From Antedon mediterranea (taxonomy: Eukaryota > Animalia > Echinodermata), in assembly GCF_964355755.1 (NCBI RefSeq), contig NC_092674.1:25296001-25360000 (forward strand): DNA of 64,000 nucleotides, written 5' to 3'. The notes beneath the pieces are model-generated. The model was not told the origin of the DNA. It worked only from the letters and a program-made list of their open reading frames with translations, and searched no databases. Position numbers and translations under genes: made by a program. Positions within the stretch are counted from its first letter, which is position 1; every line of letters begins with the position of its first letter. Positions 1-12,236 of the stretch are shown piece after piece.

Positions 1-125
1 CAAGTAAGTAGTATACAGTATTCATGTATAGGCCAAAGTTGATAGTATTCTTTCTATAAAGAGAACTTACTTTTTAATACATATGATTTTATTCACTCGT
101 AATATGGCCTCCTTTACGTATAAAG

Positions 126-3100
126 ACAGTGCTTTTGAGGAAGTAAGGGGTGCCTATGATAACGTGGGGGGTGCCAGAAACTCTTCAAAGAAATCAGTAC
201 ACGCTGAAGCTGATGCCGAATATCAACCTGATTTTGATATTGACCAGGAACCCATGTATGGCAACACGCAATTGGAAAATCAAGAATACAAACCAATCGA
301 GTTATCCAAACTGCATGACTATGTGATGAAGCGTCAAATAAGTGTCGAAAGTGGCTTTGAGAAAGAGTTTGAGGTGCGTTAAAAAGCATTATATTGGTAT
401 TTACACTCTAACTATAATTAATATTAATCAGTTTAAAACAAAAAATACTTTTCAAACTGCTTGAATTGACACAGGTATAATATATTGTTAGTGCATGTAT
501 TAAATCCAGGATTCCAGGACAAAAAAAATAATGTTTCCTCATTTCCTTCTTTCGTCGCACAAGCCTTTATCTGCGTTAAACCATTACTTTAACCGTGAAC
601 ACTTACTCCGTCAGTTTAAGCACGTTTCTTTTTTATATCTAAAGGATCTTGGCAACAAGCCCTTATTCCCCAGCACAGTCGCAAAGTCATCAATAAATAG
701 GAAGAAAAATCGATATGCGAACGTAATTCCATGTAAGTTAATAATATTTTTTTTTTTGTATCATATATACTATTTATAGTTAATGCATTAATTTTTGGAA
801 AGATATGTCTTTCTAAAAAGTGTAGTAAAAAGAAGTAATAATGCTTGATTTCATGTACATCTAAATTCCATGCTGAACCTTTTTCCTAAAGTTATTGCTT
901 AATGAATTAATATTTTAATTCAATTTAGATGACAACACCCGTGTGGTTCTTGACAAGATTGAAAATGTCCCAGGATCCGATTACATTAATGCTTCGTATC
1001 TAGATGTAAGTTAAAAAATGTGCATACCTTTATGTTGAAATGATCAAATTATTAATACAAAAAAATGCTGTTCTGCAAAGAGTATGGTTGAAAGGAAGTC
1101 ATGGCTCTCGGTAGGGAATTCAGTACGAAGAGGGTTACACGACCAGACATAATTATAATTAATAAGAAGCTAATTTACGACAACGTTTAAATATTATTTT
1201 TGTAGTTATGATATCCTATTACTATAATGTTTAATACTTGTTCGTGTAATGGATAAAAGCTGTTTAAAAATATGAAGTTGTACTTTTTCAGGGATATACA
1301 ATACCACGTGAGTTTATCGCATGCCAAGGTAAGCTTTAATTCATATATTACAAATGTATTATCCTTCTTAGTAGAATTTTCCTTGGTGTTTGTATTGTTT
1401 AACTTATTATTTTTAATTTCCAGGACCAAATGTGGCTTCAGTCAACGATATGTGGAGAATGGTCTGGAAAGAGAAGTGTCGAGTGATTGTCGTAGTTACG
1501 AATCTTGTTGAAGGAAACCGAGTAAGGCCTACTATCGTTTTCTAGTATTTGACAGTGCGAAGGTGTCAGTGATAAAAAAGTGTTTTACTGAATACTATAA
1601 AACAATCCATATATTTGCTTGAACAAAGGTTAATATTGTTATTTCTGGCATGTCAGTAAAATGAAAAATGTGTGTCCTTACAGTATAACCCAATTTGTTT
1701 GTTTGTGTAAGTTCCGTATAATTATATGTGGTTAGCTAAATAAAACACACACATATTATTAGAGAGGTTTCGCAATCTTACGAATACGATAACGAAAACG
1801 GATACGTCACGCACACGTATTCGTTTTCGTAAGCCATAAAACAATCTGTTTCGCATGGCAACGAAATATTGAGGCGCGTCCAAAATATGACTGCGGTAAA
1901 TTTGAGCGAAGCGCAGGTACGTGTTGCTTTGTGCTTGGCTGCCTAGGCCTAGCGTAACATCAAAGCGAGTGAGGACTTTAAAAACTATCAAAATTGACTT
2001 GACATTTTAGTAAATTACTTTAGTAAATTACTTTCAATAAATCTATAATTATATTATAATCATGAATCATTCCTGATTCAAATGCAAAATGTGCAAAATA
2101 GATCAAAAACTATACTCGTTTTGTAGTTACGAATATGACTGGTGATATTCGTCAACACGAATACGCTTTACGAATATAAAATGGGGATCAGCTCAAAAGT
2201 TTCACAAATGTATGACGTATCCGTTTTCGTTATCGTATTCGTAAGGTTGCGAAACCTTCCTATTATAATACGGAACAGGTTCGGTTGTATTCGTTTATGT
2301 ATTGTCATATTTTATTTTTCAGAAAAAATGCGAACAATACTGGCCTGACTTGAACAATAGACAGGAATATGCAGAAATATCTGTAACAAATGCTCGTGAA
2401 ACTAACTACGGGCATTATGTGACCCGAATTTTTCAAGTTCAAAAGGTAAAATGCGATAACAGATAGGTTCCTATTTCTTCTACTGATTTTAATACATTTT
2501 ATTTGGAAAAATGTTTTGTTTATTTCTTACTTCAGATTGTATTTTTGTTACTTCATTGCATGCAATAAACCAACTTATTCTATTCTTTAAACGTATATTA
2601 GGCTATGAACTGTTGAACTGTTGACAGTATTAAGCGTTCGTTCCAGTAGGACGTAACGCAAGGACGAAACGCAACACAAGCGTGTTGACCAATGACAAGT
2701 GTCAGTTTGAATAATCCATCGCTTGTCATTGGTCAACTTACTTACGTTGCGTTACGTCCTTGTGTTGCGTCTCTAGTGGGAACCAAGCTTTAGGCCTAAT
2801 CCGGCGCATCCGACGCATAAGTAATTTATCAAACGTCTAATGGTCTATCTATATGATCTATCTATATAGTTTATAGTGTAACTGTTTTTTTTTAAATGAT
2901 AAAAATCGTTCTGTTTTAATCTTGAAGGTAGAAGATGAAGACAGTATATATAACGTATACCAGTATCATTTCACCGAATGGCCCGACAAGAGTGTTTCCA
3001 ATGCCGTTCCGCAGTTAATCAACTTTATCCAAACGTTTAGAAAAACTCAGCAGAAGTTTTCTAGCAACAGTGTACCAGTTATTGTACATTGCAGGTAATA

Positions 3101-6100
3101 TAATCATAATAATACTTTCCACAACAAAATGAGAGAAACTTGTTGAAAAAAACGTTTGTCTGAATTAACAGCCAAGAGTGTTCATTCAGTTCATCATTAA
3201 GATTGATTTATGTATGTTTTACAAAGGTAGCTCTATCAGCTCTACTACAGCAGTACAGCTGACTTGTAGAGGCCCCCTTAAAAGCAGCAATACGAAAATA
3301 TACAAACAAATGATGTTGTGCAATTATTTTAGAAGAATAAAAGACACTTAGCTAGTGAAACAGTTTGTAGAGGAGAAACTATGAAATTATATTCAAACTA
3401 AATTGAGATCTAACCACAAATTTGACTCCTTTTTTTACATTTTTGGTAATATTCAAAATATGTTAGTGCTGGAGCTGGTAGGACGGGAACTGTGATCGCC
3501 ATTGCAGCCATGTTGGATATGTCAAAAGATCAAGGCAAAGTGGATGTGTTCAATTTTGTACGGAATATGAGGCAGAACCGTATTCAAATGGTTCAAACAG
3601 AGGTTAGTCAAATCAGTTATTTCATTTGATTATGTCTATAGATATTAAATTCGTAATTAAGTATACTTAATTACGAATTTAATGTGTAGTGCCATATGAC
3701 AAAATGTCCTACTGCATTTTGTTTATATTGATTGCTTAAGGTATTTTTGGTACTTTTTACCGCCTGCAATAAACTTTTTTCGTGAACAATCACTTAGTCT
3801 AGTAACATTTCGTCATTTGGCACACGAAAACACACAGATCCGCTTATGGCTTTATTAGTAAACAATTCAATTGCATTACTATTTTTAGGAACAATATAAG
3901 TTCATCTATGCCGTTATACTTGAAGAGTTGTTTTGTGGAGAGACTGTGATTCCTGTAAATGATTTACAAAACGAAATACAAAGACAGGCTCAACACACTC
4001 CATCGAGTTTTGATTATCAACTCAAAGTGAGCATCATGATTTTTTGTTGTTGAATATAATATATTGTATAACACAAATAAACTTAAATATAGAAGCACTT
4101 CCTCTTTAACTGTTAGTACAGTTTGCAAATGCTACCATAAATAATAATAATACAAAATAAATGATGGACAATTAATTTTGTGTTGAAAAATGTACCTGAA
4201 ACTCGTATACAACCGTTACACAATTACGTGTTACCAATTTAAAAAACAAACAACTATGGGAGATTATTATGATCTGATCTATTGTATTGTATTGTATTGT
4301 GTGAAACAATAAACTTGAATCCGCACTCTATCAACGAATTAGATGACAATTGACGGTCTACTTTTGTAACCCGTCACTACACTGTGTCTACTGGGAGCAA
4401 TCTTGTGCGATATCATGAATGGACATTTGCTGTGATTTTCTTCTAACCGAACACACTTAATTTGTATATTTTCAGACGTTGAACTGTCTGTTTCCCCTTC
4501 CCGTTGATGATCTTACTTCACACGCACGACAACCTGAGAACGTTTCCAAGAACAGATTCTATGACGTGGTTCCACGTAAGTAGTTTTTGTGGTTGACAAG
4601 AAAAAAAGTGTTAGTCGAGTTTTGCTGATAAAACAAAGCACTGATAAAACCTGATATTATTCAGAAGTTTGTATTCAGAAGTCATGTATTATTATCTCAT
4701 TAAACGTTATCATCAATTTCTACATCAACACGAGCTATACATCTTCTTCATCGTGACAGGATATTTTCAGAATGCATTTGCGAGTAGAGAACCTTCGTCA
4801 ACCGAGTTCTGATTGGTCAGTTTACCAATACTATTAATGTCGGTTACCAAACGGAAAGTTTAGAAATGTCATTTCTTTTCGGTTTTTTTTTGCAGTTAAT
4901 AGAGCTCGTCCATTGTTAATGTCACCATCCGACCGTGGCACTGATTATATCAATGCATCTTTCTGTAACGTAAGAAAACTATATTCTATTTTTAAGCGTA
5001 GAATTTTAATACCATAATAAGCTATTCATCGTATTATCCGCATTAGATCTTCCAAGAATGTTATTTAGTTTTCTAAGTTTTTATTGTCAGGTTCACAAGA
5101 AACCCAACGCGTACATTGTGACACAGGCTCCATTGGCTAAGCCAGCTAATACTGCTGAGGACTTTTGGCGTCTGGTGTTTGACTATAAATCTGAAGTCAT
5201 TGTGCAACTGAATGACAAAGACCAAACCTGTGCCGCCTACCTTCATAAGCAAATAAAGCAGCCAATAAAATTCGGGCAATTTACTGTTACTGTTGTATCA
5301 GTGGTTAAGAAAGAATTTATGATTGAAAGAAAAATATCACTAGAAAATGTAGGTTTTTGTTACTGATATATTGATATTGTTACTGGATTTCGATTTTATT
5401 TGTTACAATAACCACATATGAATTGTTGACGAATTATAATGATCTTCGTGGTACACGTTTTACGATTTATACAGATAATAATTATTTATATCAGAAAAAA
5501 CAAAATTCACAGTCATACTTACTTGTGTGTTTCTTCTTAGGATAACAACGTACGGGAAATTGTTCACTTCGAGTTTAGACAATGGCCAAATGGGAAGAAC
5601 GTTCCCGACGTTGATCCGTTTGTGAGGTTCATCACAAACATTGGAGAGGGAACTTTGTCTAAAAATAAACCAATCATCGTTCACTGCCTGTAAGTACACA
5701 TCGTATTATCTAATGCTGTTTTTATTTTGAGTTAGAAAAGGATAATGCAGAGTCCTATATTAAGACACCTTTGGAATCGTAACAACATGGGGTCCCCTTA
5801 ACAATACGGTATTTAGTCCCAATGAGTTGGTTGTAGTACGCTCCTCAGTCGCTTCGCGGAAAACTTTCCCCATAATAGGAATATCTCAAATACTGTAAAT
5901 GAGTAGGTTAATTATTCAAATGAAATGTATAGGCCTAAAGACATATAATAAATAATAACAAATTGGAGTTATTTCAAAATAGGAAAAACCCACGAACTGA
6001 AAAACGCATTCTGAAATTCAAAACTGTATTTCATTTCTAAAACCACGTTTTTGTTTTACTATAATTATTTCATTTTTATAAAAGGGATGGAGTTTGTAGA

Positions 6101-6640
6101 TCTGGATTGTTCTGTCTAATTCATTCAATGATCGAGAAAATGAGAGAAGACAAGGTGGTGGATGTATTCCAAGCACTTAAAACGTTTCGTTCAACGTGCC
6201 CTACAATGCTGAAAACCAAGGTACTGTATCGTATTTTGTTTATGCTATTTCTACACTTTATACTACAAAACAGAAAAAAAAATAGTCTTTAATTCACCAT
6301 TAATCACCATTGTTGTTAATATATTGAAAACTAAATCTTTTATTGTAAAATATCCTAATTATCTTTTGGTCATGTCTGGTTACAGACTTTGATGATAATT
6401 GGTCTACAAGAGTTTGAAAGAACTTGTCGTTGAAGTGAGCTGTTGCTTGTGTAGAGAGATAATGTCAAACGTTGAAAGCCATGACTTCTATTCTTCTTAT
6501 TTTCACCTTCATTATTGTGTTGCCAAAACTTTTTTTTACTTTTAATGATTCTTATTTTAATTGCATAGGTTCAGTACAATTTCTGTTATGATGCAGCCAA
6601 ATGCTATGTGCAGAATTACCAAGAATATGTCAATGTTTAA
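126..6640 (+). CDS. Receptor-type tyrosine phosphatase, tandem copy 1 (juxtamembrane, D1 and D2 exons; 5' part lies left of the window)
   Basis: Frame-consistent GT-AG exons: 126-373, 645-732, 929-1005, 1292-1328, 1424-1521, 2323-2445, 2928-3094, 3467-3602, 3889-4026, 4476-4575, 4896-4969, 5091-5348, 5541-5689, 6085-6220, 6569-6640 (TAA). D1 motifs KNRY, DYINAS, IACQGP, KCEQYWP, WPD, HCSAGAGRTG, QTEEQY. D2 motifs KNRF, DYINAS, WPN, HCLDGVCRSG. Confidence 0.93.
1762..2260. mobile_element. MITE with ~48-bp terminal inverted repeats in a PTP copy 1 intron
   Basis: Left end AGGTTTCGCAATCTTACGAATACGATAACGAAAACGGATACGTCA mirrors the right end at 2213-2260. It sits in a (TAT)n tract, so the duplication length is ambiguous. 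The paralogous intron (about 28111-28130) lacks it. Confidence 0.85.
2632..2790. mobile_element. Palindromic MITE, family AAGCTTGGTTCCCACTAG
   Basis: Ends CTAGTGGGAACCAAGCTT with internal inverted ACCAATGACAAG/CTTGTCATTGGT. Related copies at 45569-45749 and 53577-53713, degenerate copies at about 6716-6880, 32745-32900 and 50785-50940. Confidence 0.8.
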
Positions 6641-7779
6641 TGCAGTGAGGTTATATTGGAGATTTGAAGAAACCGAACACATTGGGAAAAATTATATTTT
6701 AAAATAAAGTTTCTTAAAGATATTTCTTCCCACTGCTTGACAAAACACAATGACGTAAGCTGCGCAAACGCAAGCAAATTGTCAAAATTACAAGAGAAAA
6801 TGTTGAATAACCCATCTCTTGTGATTGGTCAAGTTACTTGCGTTGCGCTTTCGTCATTGCATTCTAGTAGAAAACCAAGTATTAATAAGTGAATACATCT
6901 CTACTACAGTAATACATATCCTCATACACATTCTATCGTATTTACATAATGCCAACATTTTTATTATTATTTTATGTTGTATTTCATTCATTTTTACATC
7001 TGCAAAAAGTAACTTGTTACAACTTGTAACCAGGATCGCAGTGTGAAGACATCATCAGAGACGCCATTTCTTTTGTTCCGAGATGTTCCGAGTTTTTACT
7101 GCGCATGTGTAATTGTCCTGGTATTTTACTGACTAATCATAGTAATTTAATAACAATAATATTATTGTCATGCAATCTATGCAGTGTGAAAACGGTATAC
7201 GTTGTGCGTATTGTATTACCCGAGTATTTAAAAAAAAAAAAAAAAAACATCAATAACAACAAAGAGTAGTTATAATTTACATATTTGAATATAATGTTAT
7301 ATTTTAGCTCTGATGAAGGATTTGTGTTAGATAGGATAAGATAAGATAATATTTATTGGTCCATCATAAAAAATATGTTGGAAATTAATTTTCCAAATGG
7401 CGTACACATAAACATTCATTACAAATATAAAATTTATGTTTTTAATATAATAGGCCTATGATGTACTTAAAAATAGTTGACCTGGATTATTATAATTCAT
7501 CAAAACGTCTGTTACTGTATATATATTTACTATTAATATTTATATTAAAATTAATAAGCTTATCGTATTGCACACGGATTATATAATCTTATTGAGTTCA
7601 TTGCAAATGAGAAATTATGTATGTTATATGTTGAACTAATAACTAAATAGTTGTTCCTTATAAGAAGCATACGTATTATGATATTGTTTTCTTGTTTTAA
7701 ATTCACTACTATTGGAAGGTTTGCATGACGGTGGTAATATTATGTTATTGGTATTTTTTTACGATTAATTAATATTCTA

Positions 7780-9263
7780 CTAGATGGTACGCTCGCTTCG
7801 CTCGCGCACCATCTAGGTCGTTCCCATAGATGGTTCTCGAATACACAGTAATTTCAGCGTAACAAAACTGGTGATTTCAAATGTACGTACCGCAGAACTA
7901 TAATACATTGTCGTTTACATAAACGAATAAATAGACACGATGATTTATGTAGTCAACTAAAATTAGCACCCTGGGAATTACTTCCGAAGGAGAAACTTAT
8001 CACAATGAGTCCAAATTTTTGATTTTGACTCATTTAAAGAAACCCAATTTGTGTTTTGTATGTAACATATAGCCTATAGGGATGGGAAAGCGGATAGGTA
8101 CAAAGAGGAACCATTTTTAAATATATTCTTTATCCACTCAGTAACGAAATATTTTTTTCATGTTTTATAGGCCTATAAATAATATACCTCTAAATACAGT
8201 AAAACATTTGCGATTTAATACTTTGTTAAAACTTTCACTGTCATAATCGATTGAAATATTAAAGTACATGTCACGATACACCACTACGACGTTTATATTA
8301 TTGGTAATTAGTAATTAATACAAACGTTGAGAAGGAACTGTCAGTATAAAGTTTATTTGTATATAATAATGTGTTTATATATCTAACAGTAGCCTATCCA
8401 CAATCTCAGTAATAAAGTTTACTCTGTTTACTCACAGCTTTATACTTTGTTTGTTTATAAAATTATATATTTATTTTAGTTAAGATCATGGGACTGCTGA
8501 CTCTTGTAGTTTTACTTTAGCAGTCCCTTACCAATTCATCTTTGTACATTGTATATTATGTCACTTTGTTGGTCAAATAAATAAATGAAATGAAATGAAC
8601 AGTACGAACATTCACAGTAAGAAATGTTCGATTGAAATGAGGACCAAAAATAGTTAATAGGTATTTACAGTATTGTCAAAGTATTGCAAATTTATTCTCA
8701 AAGGGCCCATATATTTACCTGTCGTATGTGTTAAACCAAGGGCTCATAAATTGACAACCTACTTGTGTTAAACCAAACTCTGGCAGACCGAGAGATTGGG
8801 ATGTTCCATTCATCGCAAATCAATACATTTGTATAATCGTATATTAAATCTATCAAAATAGTATTTTCTTAAGAAAATCGGCCTGTCTTCAACATTATGA
8901 TGCTGTACTCTAGCTGTTCAACCGGTTTTCAGCTATTAAAAACAATTATCGTAGGAAGAGATAGGAAAATGCGAAGCCTCCTCGCATTTTTGTGGCGGGT
9001 ATTTTTCAAGATGGACATCCATTAGGCAGTGTATACCACGATCGGAAAACACCCGGCCTATTTGGTGCAAATCGTTGAACCTAAATTCGTTTTAATCGTC
9101 AATAACTAATTATCTAACTTAATTTAATTAGTAAACATGGTTACATCGGGTGGTTAAAATCAGTACCGAAAGTACGAACCAACTTTATATACCATCGAGT
9201 AAAAATTCTTGAGGTAAGGCGCGATTTACCGAATTTTACCCTTACGTAAATTTATATATTAGA
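7780..9263 (-). mobile_element. Non-autonomous Helitron-like element, family A
   Basis: On the minus strand it begins TC(TAATATATAAATTTACGTAAGGG) and ends CTAG between A and T, with a subterminal palindrome CTAGATGGTACGC...GCGCACCATCTAG. Similar to 10848-12002 and 20878-22174. Carries a LINE-like 3' tail with (GAAAT)n at about 8440-8600. Confidence 0.75.
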
Positions 9264-9419
9264 TAAGACGTCCAAACTTTATAACATGCCAAAATCAGGT
9301 ATAACCTTGTTTACTATACAAAGAAGTAATAACCAACAATGACTCCCTTTGCTTCTTTATTTGCTTTTCTTTTCTCTAGTTTGCTGTTGCAATAAACAGC
9401 TATTAGTATTATTGAATCA

Positions 9420-10762
9420 CTAGAAATTATACCCGCCCCAGGGTGGGTTTCAAAATTAGTTTACAGCCTTCTCAGTACATAACAACCGACGGCAGTATCT
9501 GTCTATACTCACCAACCTCCACCCCTCTTCAATAACACCCCATACTCTTTCTTAAAAACAAATTCTTCCCAGTGATGGACAAATTCAATTCAACCTAAGC
9601 TTCGAATTGAGAGGAGTATGCATAGCTACGATGGGTCTAATAATGGTTGAAGTACGTTGTAAATTGTGTAAATAAATAGGTGTCATATTGACTGATAATT
9701 AAAATATGTAATTTAGATACTGCGGTCCCCCAGCCTTCTTTCTCCTTTCAGCACCCCAGCCACCATCAACAAACCTTAACTCCTCCCCTGGACAGTTCAA
9801 ATTTAGTAACTTTTCCTAGTACAATCCAATCATATAGGCTACTTCATTACGTTAGTATTTTCGCTCCTCCTCCCCCTACAAACACTCCCCAGATACACTG
9901 GGTGATGTGTTGAAGCCGGTTCCAGAACAAATTATGTTATTATCACTCCCAACCCATAATACCTCAGTGGCAGTTTTCAAATGTAGTTTAAAACATTCCA
10001 AATACAGTTTCGGTCATTGTGATAGGCCTACATCCCCACCCCAAACTCCCATCCGCTTCCCAGGGATGATTAAATACTTTAACATTTTCCAACCACAATT
10101 CTGGTGTAAGCAATCAAAATCCCCATTATCCCCTGAACCCAAACTCCCAAACTCCCAAACTCCCAAACTCCCAAACTCCCAACCCCACTGGGTCTGTAAT
10201 GAGACAATCCAAGAGACCGATACATAGCTGGATAATGGTAAAAGTACTTTGCTAAATGTGTAATTGAATAGGTGTCATATTGGTTAATGGATAAAATATC
10301 TATATCTATATCTATATTTCCCCAAACGCCTTGCTGAGGATAATTCAAATACTGTAAAACTTTTGTAGTATAACTTTACAATTCGATAGCCTACAACCTC
10401 GAGCCCTAGCAAAAAATGACATCACAAACCACCACACCACCTCCGCCCCAACCCCTCCCACAAAAACCCCAGGAGTACAGTCGGGGGATTTTTTTTTAAT
10501 GTAGTTTAAAACCTTCCGGGTACAATTGCCATCATTTTGATACCCCATACGTATGGTTACGTGCAGAAACAGGAATTTGTATAACGAACAAACATCGAAA
10601 GTGGGGGTTTTTACCACATTTTGGTCCCTAACTTGGATCCTAGGTGGCGGATGATGTTGAAATATAGCTTAGAACATTCCCGGTACAATTGCAGTCATTT
10701 TGATACCCCATATGTAAGATTATGTGCAGTAAAAAAAATTTGTATATCGAACAAACAAACAA

Positions 10763-10793
<31 letters not shown>

Positions 10794-10816
10794 AACTCTC
10801 TCACTTATAATATAGA
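9420..10816 (-). mobile_element. Non-autonomous Helitron-like element, family B
   Basis: Minus-strand 5' end TCTATATTATAAGTGAGAGAGTTTGTCTGTCTGTCTG with a (GTCT/GTTT)n microsatellite. 3' end CTAG at 9420-9423 with the hairpin ACCCGCCC-CA-GGGTGGGT nearby. A^T insertion site and degenerate internal repeats. Confidence 0.65.
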
Positions 10817-10847
10817 TGGCGGAATTAGTTTGAATTGTTTGAACAAT

Positions 10848-12002
10848 TGCCCACAGATGGTTCTCGAATACATAGTAATTTCAGCGTAAAAAAACTGGCG
10901 GTTTCAAATGTACGTACGGCAGGACTATAAAACATTGTCGTTTACAGAAACAAATAAATAGACACAATGATTTATGTAGTCAACCAAAATTAGCACCTAG
11001 AAACTTGTCACAAAATGAGTCAAAATTTGTTATTTGGACTCATTTAAACAAACCCAATTTTGTTAAATTATTCTTTATATTTCTTTATTATCCAATCATT
11101 AACGAAATATTTTTTTTATAGGCCTATAAATAATATACCACTAAATAGAGTAAAACATTTCCGATTTAATACTTTATTAAAACTGTCTCATGGTCGATTG
11201 AAATAGTAAAGTACATTTAAAGACCACTAATACGTTTATATTTTTGTAATTATTAATTAATACAAACGTTGAGAAACAATTGACAGTAATAAAGTATTAT
11301 ATAATTATGTGTTTATAATCTAAAAGTAGGGGCTACCCACACTCACAGTGATAAAGTTTATTAGTATATTTGTTTATATTATATCTAACAGTACCAACAC
11401 ACTTTTGATTCAAATGGCGATCAAAAGTGGTTAATACCTATTTGCAGTATTGTATAGCATTACAATACTATTTCTGTTTATTCTCCAAGGGTCTATAAAT
11501 GTACCTACTTGTGTTAAACCATGGAGGTATGCAATAATTTGGAATGTTCCATTCATTGAAAATCAATACATTTCTATAAACGTATATTAAATCTATCAAA
11601 ATAGTATTTTTTTTAAAAAATCGGCCTGTCTTCAACATTATGATGCTGTACTCTAGCTGTTCAACCGGTTTTCAGCTATTAAAAACAATTATCATAGGAG
11701 GAGATAGGAAAATGCGAAGCCTCCTCGCATTTTTGTGGCGGGTATTTTTCAAGATGGACATCCATTAGACAGTGTATACCACGATCGGAAAACACCCCTA
11801 TTTGGGGCAAATCGTTGAACCTAAATTCGTTTTAATCGTCAATAACTAATTATCTAACTTAATTTAATTAGTAAACAGGGTTACATCAGGTGGTTAAAAT
11901 CAGTACCGAAAGTACGAACCAACTTTATATACCATCGAATAAAAATTCTAGAAGTAAGGCGCAGTTTACCGAATTTTGCCCTTACGTAAATTTATATATA
12001 GA
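10848..12002 (-). mobile_element. Helitron family A copy lacking the 3' hairpin and CTAG
   Basis: Colinear with about 7822-9263 (CCCACAGATGGTTCTCGAATAC...CTTACGTAAATTTATATATAGA), but the terminal ~40 nt are missing. Confidence 0.72.
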
Positions 12003-12236
12003 TTGTATTCAAGTTTCGTACCGGGTTTAGCGACGAAGTATAAAGGACTATTGTTAAGTAATCTAAATAAAGCATTCCATGGATAAATCTATCACGGATT
12101 GACAACGAATACATAAGGAAGTATTTGCAATATTTATACTGTACTGACTATGAATGTGTGTAGTAGGCCTACATTCATTTATTAATTGTCATTGTAGGCC
12201 TATGTAAGACGATCGAAGATATAAACTTTAGTAAAG

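Noticed and set aside
114-389. Minus-strand ORFs conserved between the duplicates (also 5073-5279, 26374-26655, 30675-30881)
   Set aside because: Antisense shadows of PTP exons; their conservation follows from the duplication.
9907-10815. Several 60-106 aa ORFs
   Set aside because: They lie inside a Helitron-like element and are built from microsatellites (AAACTCCC, CAGA); no domain motifs.
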